This document shows positions 12,080-25,097 of a DNA stretch of 64,000 nucleotides, one piece after another. How positions within the stretch are numbered: the stretch's first letter is position 1; the number at the start of each line of letters is the position of its first letter. A program made the position numbers and the translations under genes. Source of the DNA: Octopus sinensis (Eukaryota); the NCBI RefSeq assembly GCF_006345805.1, contig NC_042997.1:55986001-56050000 (forward strand), given 5' to 3'. The notes under the pieces are model-generated. The model ran no database searches, was not told the DNA's origin, and saw only the letters and a list, made by a program, of their open reading frames with translations.

Positions 12080-12300
12080 TTGTTGCTGTTGTCTAAGGTT
12101 GGTGTTGACTGAACAGACTTATGATGAAAGGCATTCTAGCTATAGCTATTCTGTCTTTTTTTCAATTATTTTGTGCATCTAGTATTATAAATTTACAATG
12201 TGCCCTTCATTTTTTTAAGACAATAGAGTATGATGTGAGAAAGATTTTGCTGTTATTTCTAGCACATTGTCTCTGTTGTTTGCTTATTTGCATCTTAGCA
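12080..12300 (+). mobile_element. SINE family D (..AGGTCAGCCCTGATCGAGCAGACCTATGATCAAAGGCATTCCAGC-like)
   Basis: Related segments at about 16525-16710, 45650-45880, 48690-48960, 58725-58920 (+) and 59480-59560 (-). Confidence 0.6.
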
Positions 12301-12689
12301 GCAGCTAGGAATATAAATGCGAATTATCTTGATCTATATTCTTCCTTGAATTCTAAGCTAGAGAAGAGTATGTGGTGCATATTGAAATTTCAAAGGCACT
12401 GTCTTTCTGAACAAAACAAAAACTTACAATAACCATTTACTGACAAAATATTCACCTTGCTTCAGTCATTTTGAGTAGCTCTGAACTTGACTCCAATGGT
12501 ATGAGGTGAACAGCTTAGTCATCATTATCAGAAGAAGAAAAAAGACAGCAAAGAGCACCCATTGACTTTCGTGCAGAGCCTTCATGATAAGTTGTGAAAG
12601 GAGAGGAAGAAATAAACCATAGCTCATGGATTATTTGCTGACCAAAAATATTGTCTAGTATCATGTGACTAAATGGATACCACAGTTGC

Positions 12690-12967
12690 ATTGTTGTGAA
12701 GTTTACAACTTCTTGATTCTAAGTTCAATCCCAATGCATGGCAACTTGCAAATATGGCGAGTATGTTCTACCATAGCCTCAAGCTAAACCAATGCCTTGT
12801 GAGTGAAATTTTTTTGGCTACTGTAACTTCGCAGTTTGTCAAAAGGAATTGATAGAATAAGTACCAGGCTTTAAAAAAATAATACTGGGATCAATTTATT
12901 TGACTAAAATTCAAGACAGTGCCCCAGCTTGGCTACACACTAATGATTGAAACAAGTAAAAGATAAA
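12690..12967 (+). mobile_element. SINE family A, diverged
   Basis: AAGTTCAATCCC..CCTTGTGAGTG..GTGCCCCAGC..AAACAAGTAAAAGA. Confidence 0.8.
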
Positions 12968-14408
12968 CAATAATAACAAAAGGATTCATTTCTGTGGCCT
13001 CAGCTTGTATTTAGATTTACTTATGTCATTTGAAGCTGTGTAGAAGCAAAAATTAGTTTTGATTCAGCCTTGGAAATAAGCTGTAAATATATGACTCTTT
13101 AATCCAGTTCCTAATATTCATTGAGTCAGATGTAAATCCATTTTCATACAACATTGAAATCTTTGTTATGATATTTGGAATATACTTAAAATTTAGTGAT
13201 CTCATAAAGCTGATACAATTTATTTTCATGAGAATATATATGTTTCTTTTTGTTCAGATTTCTCTAAGTACATATTTCATATATTGATGCACATATCCAT
13301 TGTCATACAATTCACTTTACTTTATGACCTAAGACACTCCTCTGTTATAAAGAGAGTTGATTTTATTATACAATCTTTCTATCTCTTTCTGTTTGGGCGT
13401 TGCTTGTTAAGATGTCATAGTATCCCTGGAGAAGCTACATTTCAAGATAAGAGGGGAATAGTAGCTGCAACATATATATATATCTGTCTTAGAGCATTTG
13501 GGATTTAGGTAAATGAAAACTACTACTGTAATTAACAGGTTCTCACCTCTTCTCTGTACTGGTGTTATACATTCCTTCCAGTGTTTCATGGAAGCATTTG
13601 AGCTCTGGATTACTAACTAATGAAATACTTCTATCAAAGCTTCAAGTGCTTACTTTTATGAGTTGTGACTTCTGGAATCTATTTAAAGCTAGGTAGACTG
13701 CATTCACCAGGAGATCTCTTCATTGATGATGATAAATCCATATATGCTATAGTAAGCTCCATTTCGCTATATGACATAATCTATGTATATATTGATGTTT
13801 CATTGGGAACAACACTCTGATGCACTATATGATAATGTGTGATAAATATATGTTCCATAAATATAAATATATGATTTGCTGAAAATTCCCTTTATAAATA
13901 TATCCAGTCAGATAATGTATTTGAAAAAATCCTAATTTACTATATACAATACAACTGATGTTTATTATAGAGGAAATATTGATATTATATTGTCTTACTT
14001 GTGAACATAAAATTTCAATACAAAGCACTTTAAACTATTTTATATTTACATATTTCATTAAATATTACTGGTACATAAATAAACACTCTCTCTCTCTCTT
14101 CCCCCCATCCACCACACACACACACTGAGTTCCTGCACAGTTTCTACCTACCAATTTCCTTCACAAGGCATTAGTTTGCCTGAGGCTGTAGCAGAAGTAA
14201 TTTGCCAAAGATGCCACACCATGGGACTGGACTCCTTCCCCACACCCAACAATTATCAACCCTAAAGATTATCTTCCAAAATGTTTATAAAATAGGTTAT
14301 GTTTATTACAAGCAAGCATGGCATTATACATGTCCTACAAAAAGTCATGAAAGGTCACATGATGCCCAAGTGTTACAGGTTGCCCATGCAATCATTTTGT
14401 GAATAAGC

Positions 14409-14800
14409 ATGGTTATGTGGTTAACATTTACTTATCAACCACTTGGTTTTGAGTTCAATCTTTGCATGGCACTTTGGGCAGATATCCTGTACTGTAACCC
14501 CAGGCTGACCAAAGCCTTGTGAGTGGATTTGGTACATGGAAATTGAAAGAAGTCTCTCATGTGTGTGTGTGTCTCTTTTTCTTGACATAGCATGGTATTT
14601 GTTGTGGGAGAGTGTCACCATCAGTCAAGGAATATCATTGATTTCCAGTCTTTCATGAAAACATATCCAGCCAAGGGGAAAATATTACCTTACTTGAAAA
14701 ACAGGTAAAGATTCACAGCAGGAATGGCATCTGACCTCAGCATATTTCCTCAGACACATGCAAACATTGAAAAATGGACATTAAAACAATAATAATGATA
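14409..14800 (+). mobile_element. SINE with a family A head and an alternative body/tail ending in an (AAT/GAT) repeat
   Basis: The head matches family A up to the (GT)n tract. The body GGGGAAAATATTACCTT..CAGGAATGGCATC..AAATGGACATTAAA is shared with 15790-16115, 39290-39480 and 62848-63130. Confidence 0.7.
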
Positions 14801-16742
14801 TTATACATATATTCAATGCTTTGAATATACAGAAAAAGTTAGTGTCTGACACTCAGTGTCTTGATTCCCTTGCAGTGCTGAATTGATATAAAATTCCAAG
14901 TGTTAACATCTGATGCATGAAATTTTAATGGCTGAGATTTTTTTTCATAATCAAGGTACATATGGAATATGTTAAAAGCACCCTAATGAGTTATAGAATT
15001 AGAGTTTAACTTCAGTTTACTATCCATTGTGCAATCTTTAAGTGGTTCTCTCACCTTCCTGTTTAATTAACAATGCTTATAAATAAAAAAAAATAGTTTT
15101 TTTATAAAATTTCAAAAGAATACTAAACAAGTTATTTCTTGTCACCCTTTCTCTTTTTTTTTTACCTATAATAGTTTCCTGCTATAAAACAGGAATAAGA
15201 AAGCCATGTTTACCAGAAGTTGTCTTATAGTATATTATTAGAAAATAGTTGGCATTCTCTATCCTGTTACATACTTATATATTACAATGTCCCAAACTAA
15301 AAGCATATCTTTTCTTGATATTGCTGTTTAGCCCTTGGTCATCTCTACTTGAGCAAACAATCTCCAACAGTCATAGACATTTTTGTCATAATCATATTTT
15401 TTTTTTTTTGTTTTTACAGACACCATCTAAAGTGCACTTTTTTAAAGACTGTAGGATATTTGGCTATTATTTGTAGCAGATCAAATCAATTGCATATAAA
15501 TTTTTTTTTGTACATAATTAAGGAATATGGTTGAATTATGACGAAAGCATCCTAATGAGTTATGGAATCAGAATTTAGTCTGTTTTGCATGGATCTAAAG
15601 CTTGCTTTATAGTTTATGACCTTTGGGTTTATCTTAAGAATAAAAATTAAGTCAGACTTGGTTTACTGAAAATCTGCTTCTATACCTCAATGCTTTCTAG
15701 GAAAGTTTCCAAAATTATAAACTAAAAAAGGTTTATCAGAAATGAAGAAATTGTGTGAATTCTATGAATCCTTATTACAATCTCTGTTGTTTGCAAGGAT
15801 ACCAAGATGTATAGAACCATGGGCAAATGTCTTCTAATATAGCCCTGGGCTAAATGTATTTATGTGTTTGAATGTGTGTATGTTTCTTATGTTGCCTTAT
15901 CTTGACATTGCATGAGTTGTAAAATGGTTGTCACTGTCATACAAGCAATGTTATTCATTTCCAATATTCTGTGAAAATTAGCCATGGGCAAATTTTACTT
16001 TTCTTGGAAACAGGCAAGAATTAATGACTGACAGGTACCCAACCATAGAAAATCTGCCTCAAAAAATTCCATCCAACCCTTGCAAGCATGGAAAAGTGGC
16101 TGTTAGAATGATGATCATTACATGAACAGAAACTTATCGTTCTGGTTGACACATCCTTGATTAACGAGTTAAATATTTTAATTGTTGATCTTTATTGGCC
16201 ATTCTGATTGGAGGGTGATGACTTCAACGTAAGGTCAACAAAATGCAAAGTACACATACCTCACCCCTGATGTTTTAGAAGTATGAATTAGTTTGGGAAT
16301 ATAATTTACCATTTTCTCGTTTTTCTCATTTTGTATTTAATGTTTGAAAATATTTGCTGTGGACAACAAAGTTGAAATTTCCTCAAATGAAAATTAACCA
16401 GATGATAAACTGTTGGGTTTATTTTTGTATTCAATCTACACATATGTCATAACCTTATTTCATTACTACATGTTAGTTAATGTAAGAATAAGGATGTCGT
16501 CTTAAACATTTTGTGTTGTTATTGTTAGTTTACCTCAAGTCTACCTTGATCACAGTGATATATGATCAAAGGCATTCCAGACATGACCATTTTGTGGTTT
16601 TTGTTTGGCCAGGACCACATTATCCAGTGTATTCTTCCTTTTGATTAAGATGGGAAGGTATGATCTGCAAGTCATCTACTATTTACAGTAGCTTAAAAGA
16701 CCAGATAGTCTTCTTCCATTGTCTCTATTTTGTGTTCAATAG

Positions 16743-16746
16743 GAAG
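16743..16746 (+). CDS. Candidate 4-nt microexon GAAG (or the 3' end of a longer exon)
   Basis: TCTCTATTTTGTGTTCAATAG|GAAG|GTAAGT: a consensus donor immediately after a pyrimidine-rich acceptor. Confidence 0.25.
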
Positions 16747-17201
16747 GTAAGTATATTTGTATTTTGTCAGATGTACAACATTGCACTATTAAATGTGGCA
16801 ATAATTTCTTAATACAAAAACTAAACATTTTCGTATTTCATATGGTTGATTAGAGTGGGCAGATGGTTTGATACATCACTGTGTCCAAAGTTAAGATATT
16901 TAACTGTATGGTGTCTCAGGCTTAGACTAATTAATTTTTTATAGGCTTTACTCTAAACTGTCATGTAATTTTTCATTATTGCATTCAACTAGAAGAATGA
17001 GCTCTACCTAGTTGTCTATGTGGAAGTAAGGCCACCTTATGGGACTACCAATGTTAACTTTAACCCTTTAGCAATCAGATTATTCTGTCAAATGCTTATT
17101 TATTTACATCATTTTGGATTAATCCTATATTATCTCATTGCTTTGAGATTTCAGTGATTTGATTGTGTATTTTTAGAATATCTTTTACTTGTTTCAAGTC
17201 A

Positions 17202-17553
17202 TTTGATTGCAGCCATGCTGGGGTGCTGCCTTGAAGGGTTTTAGTTGAACAAATCAACCCTAGGACTTGTTTTTTTAGGTCTAGTACCTAACCTCTCAGT
17301 ATCATTTTCTGAATCACTAAGTTACAGAGACATAAATACACCAACCCCAGTTGTCAAGCAGTGGTGGGGGAGGGGGACAAACGCACACATATATATTTGT
17401 ACACAGCAGGCTTCTTTCAGTTTCCGTCTATCAAATCCACTCAAGGTTTTGGTTGGCTCTAGGCTATAGTAGAAGACACTTGCCCGAAGTGCCACACAGT
17501 GGGGCAGAATCATGTGGTTGGGAAGCAAGTTTCTTACCACACAGCCACACCAA
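17202..17553 (-). mobile_element. SINE family A, nested
   Basis: Full head-to-tail match with other copies. Confidence 0.9.
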
Positions 17554-17562
17554 GGCCAGATT

Positions 17563-17797
17563 TTATTTCTTTATTGCCCACAAGGGGCTAAACATAGAGC
17601 TGACAAACAAAGACAGATAAAGGGATTAAGTCGATTACATCGACCCCAGTGCTTAACTGGTACTTAATTTATCGACCCCAAAAGGATGAAAGGCAAAGTC
17701 GACCTTGGCGAAATTTGATCTCAGAACATAGCGGCAGACGGAATACCGCTAAGCATTTCACCCGGCATGCTAATGTTTCTGCCACCTTGCCACCTTA
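17563..17797 (-). mobile_element. SINE family B (GGCGAGCTGGCAGAA head; CCTTTCATCCTTTCGGGGTCGATAAATTAAGTACCAG central domain)
   Basis: Matches 21036-21265 and 59753-59965. The central domain resembles conserved SINE central domains (Meta-like; assignment from memory and uncertain). Confidence 0.9.
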
Positions 17798-19659
17798 GAT
17801 CTTCCTGGTCTGAACATAAAGCCAAAATACGGCCAGTTTAGGGTTAAGAGAAAATTAAAATTATAACAGTGAAAAAGATTGACAAACACTTGTACAGAAA
17901 CATGGAGATCTTGTAATAAGAAAGCTAAAAAGAAATTAAGCTTTTAGTGAACATTCTAATTCTGAAAGAATAAATGAATAAAATATTCATAATGTAAAGT
18001 CAGTTAGGTCTGGTGGAAAAGAATAGATTATATAAAAAAAAGATGAGATGACTGCATTTATCTCCTGGCATCCAGCTATGATTTGATCTTGCAGCTATTT
18101 GTTAAATATGCATTACTATTTAGTTTGGACTCTGACAATATGTAACTACTTAGGAAAATTGTGTCTGTATTACATACTAAATTTATAATATCTCAATAAT
18201 GAGCTAAAACTCATATTCCCATAATTATCTAATAAATCTTCCCATATTTTGATAAGACAATCAGATTAATCAAACAAAAAGATTATTTCCTTAGATACAG
18301 AAATGTTGCTTTTTTTTATAAATATTAAACAATTGATTTTATAGAAAATCGTTCTTGTGTTACCCAAATTTCTCAAATTTTCTTTTCTAATGTTGAGAAT
18401 TTGTAGGTAAATCCAATTTAATCTTTTGATCAAACTATTTTAACATGAGTGTATGTTTCATCTTAATTCAGCTGGTTATTATAATAGGAAGGAGTATATT
18501 TGTTGCTTTTCTGCTTGAGGTAAAAGACAGCCTTTCTTGATCTGTTATAGGACCTGTTGTTGTTGGAATGGATGGCAAAGATTCTGGACTTGTAAATATG
18601 CTGAATAACTGATGGCTTGTACACTGCATACAAGAGATAATTAGAAATAAATTAATTAGTACCACTACCATTCCATCACTGATTAAACACGTATTATGCA
18701 GTAACGAAGACTGTAGTTTGAGCTGATCTATGGGAATAAAGTCCCTTATGATGTTTTAAGATGAAAAGAATTAATAGAAAACATCACAGATTAACAACAT
18801 CAATTTGTAATAATGACAATATTTTATAAGTCTAGAAAGATGATACGAATAATATAATTTTGCATTCCTGTTATACTTTATTCTAGATAATAGCTAAGTA
18901 GCAGTGAAATCATAAAGTGAACAAGTTGTTGGACTAGTAATTCTTAGGCCTTAATTTCAAATCCACTACTAGCATCTCGTTGTAAATATGGACAATATTT
19001 CCATCTATTCATCTCATATTTCTTTGTTATAGGGAATATTTAGCAGATTTTGGAAGAGTATTGTTATCTCTAATAAATTAGTACTTTATTCAAAAGAAGA
19101 TTTGTGTCATTCTACTCAACACTTTCAAAATGACTCAACACTAAACCATAGGAGTAAATTGCATTTTCATTTATTCCATTTTACAAATATTGGTCAAGGT
19201 GTTTGTATAATTGATTTTTAACATAAGCACAATGTTTCAAATATAGGGGATGGTTGTAGCTGATTAGATTAACCCTAGTACTTGACTGGTCTTTCATATT
19301 TCACAGCCTCCAACAGAATGACCAGATAGTTGAGTGTCTATGGACACAATACTGCAACAGCCACAATATGCTTGCTTGGTCAGTTGTCCAGTACACTATC
19401 AACTTCACTATTTGTTCATTTAACTGTATACAATACAAAAATAAGATTATTTAAATATTGTAATCCATCAATGGATTGCTTGGATTTATGTAGTCAAATT
19501 TAATACACAAAAATGTATGCAGTCAATTCTGATGAATAAGAACAAATGGTATGATTATATATTAACGTATATACCTGTGGTAGACATACTGAACTGATCT
19601 TCCTGTTCCTGACTAGATTTTTAAGAATATAAAATATTGTTTAAGGATATAATTCTATC

Positions 19660-19786
19660 CTTAAATACTTAAAAATGTTTTAGCCTGAAGGCCACGGCCA
19701 TGCTGGGGCACCACCGCTATAAATCCTTAAATCCTTAAAAATGTTTTAGCCTGAAGGCTGTGGCCATGCTGGGGCACCACCGCTAT
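19660..19786. repeat. 66-bp tandem duplication of a short family A tail fragment
   Basis: AAAAATGTTTTAGCCTGAAGG..GGCCATGCTGGGGCACCACCGCTAT begins at 19671 and again at 19737. Confidence 0.9.
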
Positions 19787-20559
19787 GTTTAACTATTTTA
19801 AACAGTTTATATATTTATTCCAAGAGTAACTAAATAAGAGCATTATCAAATCTTTGTGATGTAATATTTGCTATTATAATTTTGTGGTTGCTATGAAGTT
19901 ACCAGTGTTTGTAGGATATGTAATTGGTTTATCTTTGTGTTTTACCTAAGTAGTGAGGATTATGATGTTAATATGTTTTCTTAATTTTTGTTTGGATTTT
20001 TTCTTTTTTGTTAACATTTTATCATGACTGAACAAAGTATGTATACTGGGCCTGATGAGTAACAGATAGGTGTGAGAGAAGACAAATGAACAAGCATGTC
20101 TGGAAGATGTGTCACTAAATTTATTGTAACACTAAGATTGTTGTATCATTACAATTTTGTTTTTGCTATTATAACTGTTATTGTGGAAATGCTGGGTATT
20201 CTGAATAAGGTGTTTCTGTGTCATGATGGGCTCATTGTCTCATGCTTGTTTGTATGAAGAGCTTATTCTCTCAAGTGCTTACATGTAATGATGTACACAT
20301 ACTTTAAATATTTGTATAATAATAATGGGAACAATTTCATAGATGTTTGTATGTGTGACGGGCACAATATTTCAGATTTTTTAGGCGTACATAAATGAAT
20401 GGTGCTTTTGTACATTACTTCATGAGGTCTCCAGCACTTCAGAGCTAAATAATTTTCAGGCTGTGGAAAGGAAACGTCACTCAATACATTGACAGATACA
20501 TTGGTGTATTTATTTGTTGTGTCTTACCAATCAATACCTATTCACAAGATTGCCAATGA

Positions 20560-20830
20560 ATTCTTAATAACTTCACATCTACTTGCTGGAGTATATTTTG
20601 CAAATTTTAGTCATTCAAGATAGCTATCTGTCTTCTGCCCAATTTTTAAGTCAGTGTGTTCCTTAAAACCCACCCAAATCCTTCATTGTAAGAAGTGCAA
20701 CAATCGTCAGCTGTCCTTTGATCTGAGAATGGTTGTCCACCAAATTTTAAAATAGAAGGCATGTAGTGGGGGGGAGGAGGCATTCACGTGCTGCTTTGCT
20801 TTGTATTGCCACACAATCTTGACAGAGAGA
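20560..20830 (-). pseudogene. Highly decayed LINE reverse-transcriptase fragment
   Basis: The minus strand reads FGGQPFSDQRTADDCC, resembling the RTE motif IGG.NI.NLR(Y/F)ADD. A weak RQGC.LSP-like segment lies upstream. Confidence 0.3.
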
Positions 20831-20914
20831 TTGCTTAGTCCAATAGGAAGAAGTTCAAGACAATTGGAAGTAGTAGACTATTGCAACCATCATCCAATAT
20901 CACAACTATTGAAG
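20826..20914 (+). CDS. Candidate exon (phase 1/0): xRLLSPIGRSSRQLEVVDYCNHHPISQLLK
   Basis: Strong donor AAG|GTATGT, moderate acceptor CTTGACAG. It abuts a possible decayed LINE on the opposite strand, so it is ambiguous. Confidence 0.25.
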
Positions 20915-21035
20915 GTATGTGATCCAACTCTGTGTATCTTTTCAGAGTAAGAACTTCAACATAACCCTGGCATTGGAAACAAGAAAGTTTATCACTGCCT
21001 GAGGTACAGACTTGAGTCTCCAGAAGGAAGGCATG

Positions 21036-21265
21036 GGCTGGCAGAAATGATAGTACACCAGGCGAAATACTTAGCGTTATTTCGTCTGCCGTTACGTTCT
21101 GAGTTCAAATTCCGCTGAGGTCAACTTGTCCTTTCATCCTTTCGGGGTCGATAAATTAAGTACCAGTTACGCACTGGGGTTGATGTAATCGACTTAATCC
21201 CTTTGTCTGTCCTTGTTTGTCCCCCACTGTGTTTAGCCCCTTGTGGGCAATAAGGAAATAAGAAG
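21036..21265 (+). mobile_element. SINE family B
   Basis: Full-length and well conserved. B-box-like GAGTTCAAATTCC. Confidence 0.9.
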
Positions 21266-22072
21266 AAAAGCATGATTTCATGTTGCTTTTACAGATTGAA
21301 TTTGAAGAGTGTTCTGCACCATATCCAAAGCTGCAGTAATATAGCAGTATATAAATAGTTGATCTAAGACTGGATTCCTGGAGTCCTACATTCTCCTGCC
21401 TCTTGGTTATGACTTTTCTTAGCATCGTTTTGTAGTGTCTACCTGTAATCGGTTTACATATTCAGTACTAGAGAGAGAACACTTAAGTAATAGATAAATC
21501 AGTTCATATTTAAGGTTAGATTTGTTTGTCGACTTTATATTATCAAGTTACCCATTCCACTTACAAATAAAAGCTTTGTTTAGGACAGTTTGATGTTTAA
21601 AACTCGATTGCATGATGTATAATGTAAATTGTTCTTCAAAAAGAAAGGTAATAACAGGTGTAAACTTACTAGTACAGTATATTGAGGTCGTTATCAATTG
21701 AATACACATTTTTATGTTTACAAATAAAAGTGTACAGATACAGATATGTCTGAGTATATATAGTTATGGATATGTGTAAAAGTTGTATGTGTAAATGCAT
21801 AAATGTATGCATATATATGGGTAGTTATAAATGTAACTATTGGTACCAGTGGGAGGTATCTATTGGTACCAGTATAAGGGGTGGAAGACAAGTATTTTTT
21901 TAAATAAATACACACACACACACACACACATGCAGATCCAGAGCTGTATTTTTGTTTCAGTTTAAATTTTTTTTTTTTCATTTTGCCTACTCATATAATT
22001 CTTTGGTAAAGCTGTTTTTTCTATAGCAGTGAGTGCTGTACCATGAAGCAGAAATTTGTATATTTATCTTAG

Positions 22073-22126
22073 CACTACCGAGGTTGTCAACGAAGGCTCA
22101 GAAGCACTCTGTGCCCTAGCCAACAA
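22073..22126 (+). CDS. Candidate exon (phase 2/2, 54 bp): xTTEVVNEGSEALCALAN
   Basis: Acceptor TATTTATCTTAG, donor GTATAT. Locally GC/CpG-rich. In frame with 23555. Confidence 0.45.
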
Positions 22127-22858
22127 GTATATATGTAGCTACTTGATTTCAGTGTAGATACTGTTTCTTGTAAAGCTGCCTCCACCATAGCTTAGTACAC
22201 AGTTAGAACTCCAAAAGACATATGGGCAACTATGTTGTTGTCATTTAATATTAATTTAAGAACAAAGATGCCAACTTGACATTTAAAATCTCATCAGTTA
22301 AACAAGAGAAACAATTATCCAAGATATTCCAAAGAAAATAGTTTAAATCCCATTCAATTCATATCTATAATTTATATAATAGAAAGGATTAATGTTTACC
22401 AAATTAAATCTGCAAGGAATTGATTGAACGTATATCTCACTTGCTCCCTATGTTTCATTATTCCACTGGTTCTGTTCCTACACTCTTCCTAAATTACTAC
22501 ACTTAAATATATTCATGCTAAATAGGATTGCCACATCTTTGCAATAAAAACACGCACACACACTATTACCTTATTTCACTTTCAGTGACATTGATATTCC
22601 TACCTAGTTATTTACACACAAACATACACACACACACACACATAATTCTGTTAGTTTTCCACTCCTGTAATATATTAATGGAATATTATGCTCATCTAAT
22701 TCTATTTTGGTTTTTAATTCATCCCTTGAGATCTGCTTAACTCCACTAAGAAGTCTAGGTTACTGAAATTTAAAAAAATGTTTGTTAAATATATAATTGA
22801 TAATATGTGAAAAAAAAAAGTGTGTTCATAGCATGTGTGTGTATGTGTTTGTGTATGA

Positions 22859-22893
<35 letters not shown>

Positions 22894-23554
22894 TGCATAC
22901 ATACTTGCTAGTGTGTGTGTGTGTGTGTGTGCGCACTGCATATTATTCATTTAGTTCTAGAATTTTTGACAGGCAGAGGGAGATGAGGGGACATTTAGAC
23001 TATACTATTGGGAAATTGGAATATGTTTGCTTATCTCCAGAGTGTTACATTTGTTCCAGCTTTTATCTGTTCTGCCAAATCCTATAGTATTGGGATACTT
23101 TCTCTTAACAGCTATGCTTAAACTGGGAATTAATGATATCACTGTAACCATATGTGGATACGAATATACTTCAGTGATATCATTTTAGCTATGCGAATAG
23201 AATTTTAGAAAAGCAATACGGATATCATGTATGATTTTGAAATGCCTTTCAGAGAAATCACTTAATCCTGAATGTAGATCTTTTTAAATATGCTTAGTGA
23301 TATCACTATAGATATACATTTATATATATAATTGTTCTTTTTGTATCATGGTAATATCACAAGGCCCAGAATTAATTTTTGTCATGCTTGATTTTAATTT
23401 CCCTTTTATCGGCTGCAAGACAGGGTTTTTTTTTGGTTTTTTTGTTTTATTGCTAATAGCAAAATTGCTGTGAATTGTGCTAGACTTGTTGTAAGGGTCT
23501 GACTGTCTACAACTTCCATTTTAAGCTACTTGGATTCTTTCATATTCTTCCCAG

Positions 23555-23663
23555 TATGTTTTTGAAGGATTATATTGAACTTGCAAGGATTATATGTAGG
23601 AGCACTGACATTTTGCTGAAGCTCTGCTCAACAGAGCTTCAAATCCTACTATTTAAAGCTTTC
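23555..23663 (+). CDS. Candidate exon (phase 2/0): MFLKDYIELARIICRSTDILLKLCSTELQILLFKAF
   Basis: Acceptor TTCATATTCTTCCCAG, donor GTATGC. Phases are compatible with both neighbouring candidates. Confidence 0.5.
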
Positions 23664-24271
23664 GTATGCTTCATATTTTTAAACTTAGTAGAGATCATTT
23701 CTGGACAACAGTAGAGAGAGAGAGAGAGAGTCGAGGGGAGTATGTGTATGTAAAATAGTGTGGACTGGTTTGATAATTTAGTTTTGATAGATCAATAACT
23801 TTCAGTTCCTCAGAAATTCCAGAACTTCATTTATATGATAGCCTTTTTTTGTTATGGCATAGATGCTTTTATTTCACTTTCATCATTCCTCTTATGTCAT
23901 CCTCACTATTTTATAATAAAAACAATTAGCCACTGTATTGCATGGTGTGGTTCATGTTGTACATGTGTAAGGGATATAAAAATGACTTGAAAAAATTTTA
24001 AATATAGATATTAACCACCATTAAAGCAACTTGAATGATAAAGTGATTACATCGTGGGAATTATACCAATTAGTATCAGTCTTAATTAATCAACCAGTGG
24101 GTCGAAAATCTCAAGATGGTGGGGTTTTTTGTGTGCTTTTAGTATTGGTTCACTTGATGTGTGTGTGTGTGGAAACTTTATGACTAGCAACTAAAAGGGG
24201 GGAAATAATGCTATCTGAGCTAATGAAAATGGCTACAGGTTCCTTACAACATTGTTCTTTTGTTAATTTAG

Positions 24272-24472
24272 AACAAGTACCTCAAGGAATCTGTTTCACC
24301 ACACTTGCACCTGTTGAGTGGATTTGAAATTTTAAGACAGTTTGTAGATTTGTGTGAAAGTCACTTTCACATACTTTCAACTAGATTGACTAAGACGATT
24401 GAACTGAGGAACATTTTATCTGGGAATATAATTCTATGTCAACTATTGGTTGACGAAAAGACTGTGCAGCAG
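24272..24472 (+). CDS. Probable exon (phase 0/0, 201 bp): NKYLKESVSPHLHLLSGFEILRQFVDLCESHFHILSTRLTKTIELRNILSGNIILCQLLVDEKTVQQ
   Basis: Acceptor TTGTTCTTTTGTTAATTTAG, donor CAG|GTTCGT. 67 open codons of non-repetitive, Leu-rich, amphipathic-looking sequence. Protein not recognised. Confidence 0.6.
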
Positions 24473-25063
24473 GTTCGTCCTATGTCTGTATTTATGTTTA
24501 TGTGTTTGATAACATTTCTTTTAAAAAAAGAAAGAAAAAAAACACCATTGTGACAAACAGATATGACATATCTATACCAGACTGGAATTAAGGACTAACT
24601 AGTGTGTTAATGTGATCAACTAAAATCTTCCAAACTGGTGCTCCATAATGGCCCTTAACTGAAAACAATAAAAGGTTAAATTTAGAGCTTGAATTATAAC
24701 CTTACAAAATATTCAACACTAGTTTCATAATAAGAACAAAGTGTAATACATTTTATAATGGTAATAAAAATAATGTATTTTACATCCACACTTTGTTTCT
24801 GACTTGTCTCATCTCAACTAGTTATACACACTATTTTAATGCAAGCTTGTTAGGCGGTGCCCCAGCATGGCCACAGCTCATGAGCTGAAACTAGAATCAA
24901 TCAATCAATCATATCTGAAAAACCAAAAAGCATTGAAACTACAGAAAGACCCGCAAGAAAGTGTTCTTTGCTTAGTGGTACAACACTAATGCTTTAGTAG
25001 GAACTAAAACTATGATAATGCAACTCATTAGACCAACAATTAATCTTAAAGTGATTGAGCCTT

Positions 25064-25097
<34 letters not shown>

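Larger units (their letters stand above)
17064..17843 (-). mobile_element. piggyBac-like MITE interrupted by two SINEs
   Basis: TTAA at 17060-17063 and 17844-17847. The ends read CCCTTTAGC..TTTAGGG. The outer segments align with the reverse complement of 47432-47651. Confidence 0.7.

Noticed and set aside
13100-13800. Possible R4/NeSL-like RT remnant on minus (SMKHWK, KIN..FM)
   Set aside because: Too few matching residues to support without a profile search.
20045-20075. Other CTGATGA words (20052, about 25243, about 40077) as hammerheads
   Set aside because: None has stem II followed by GAAA at the required spacing.
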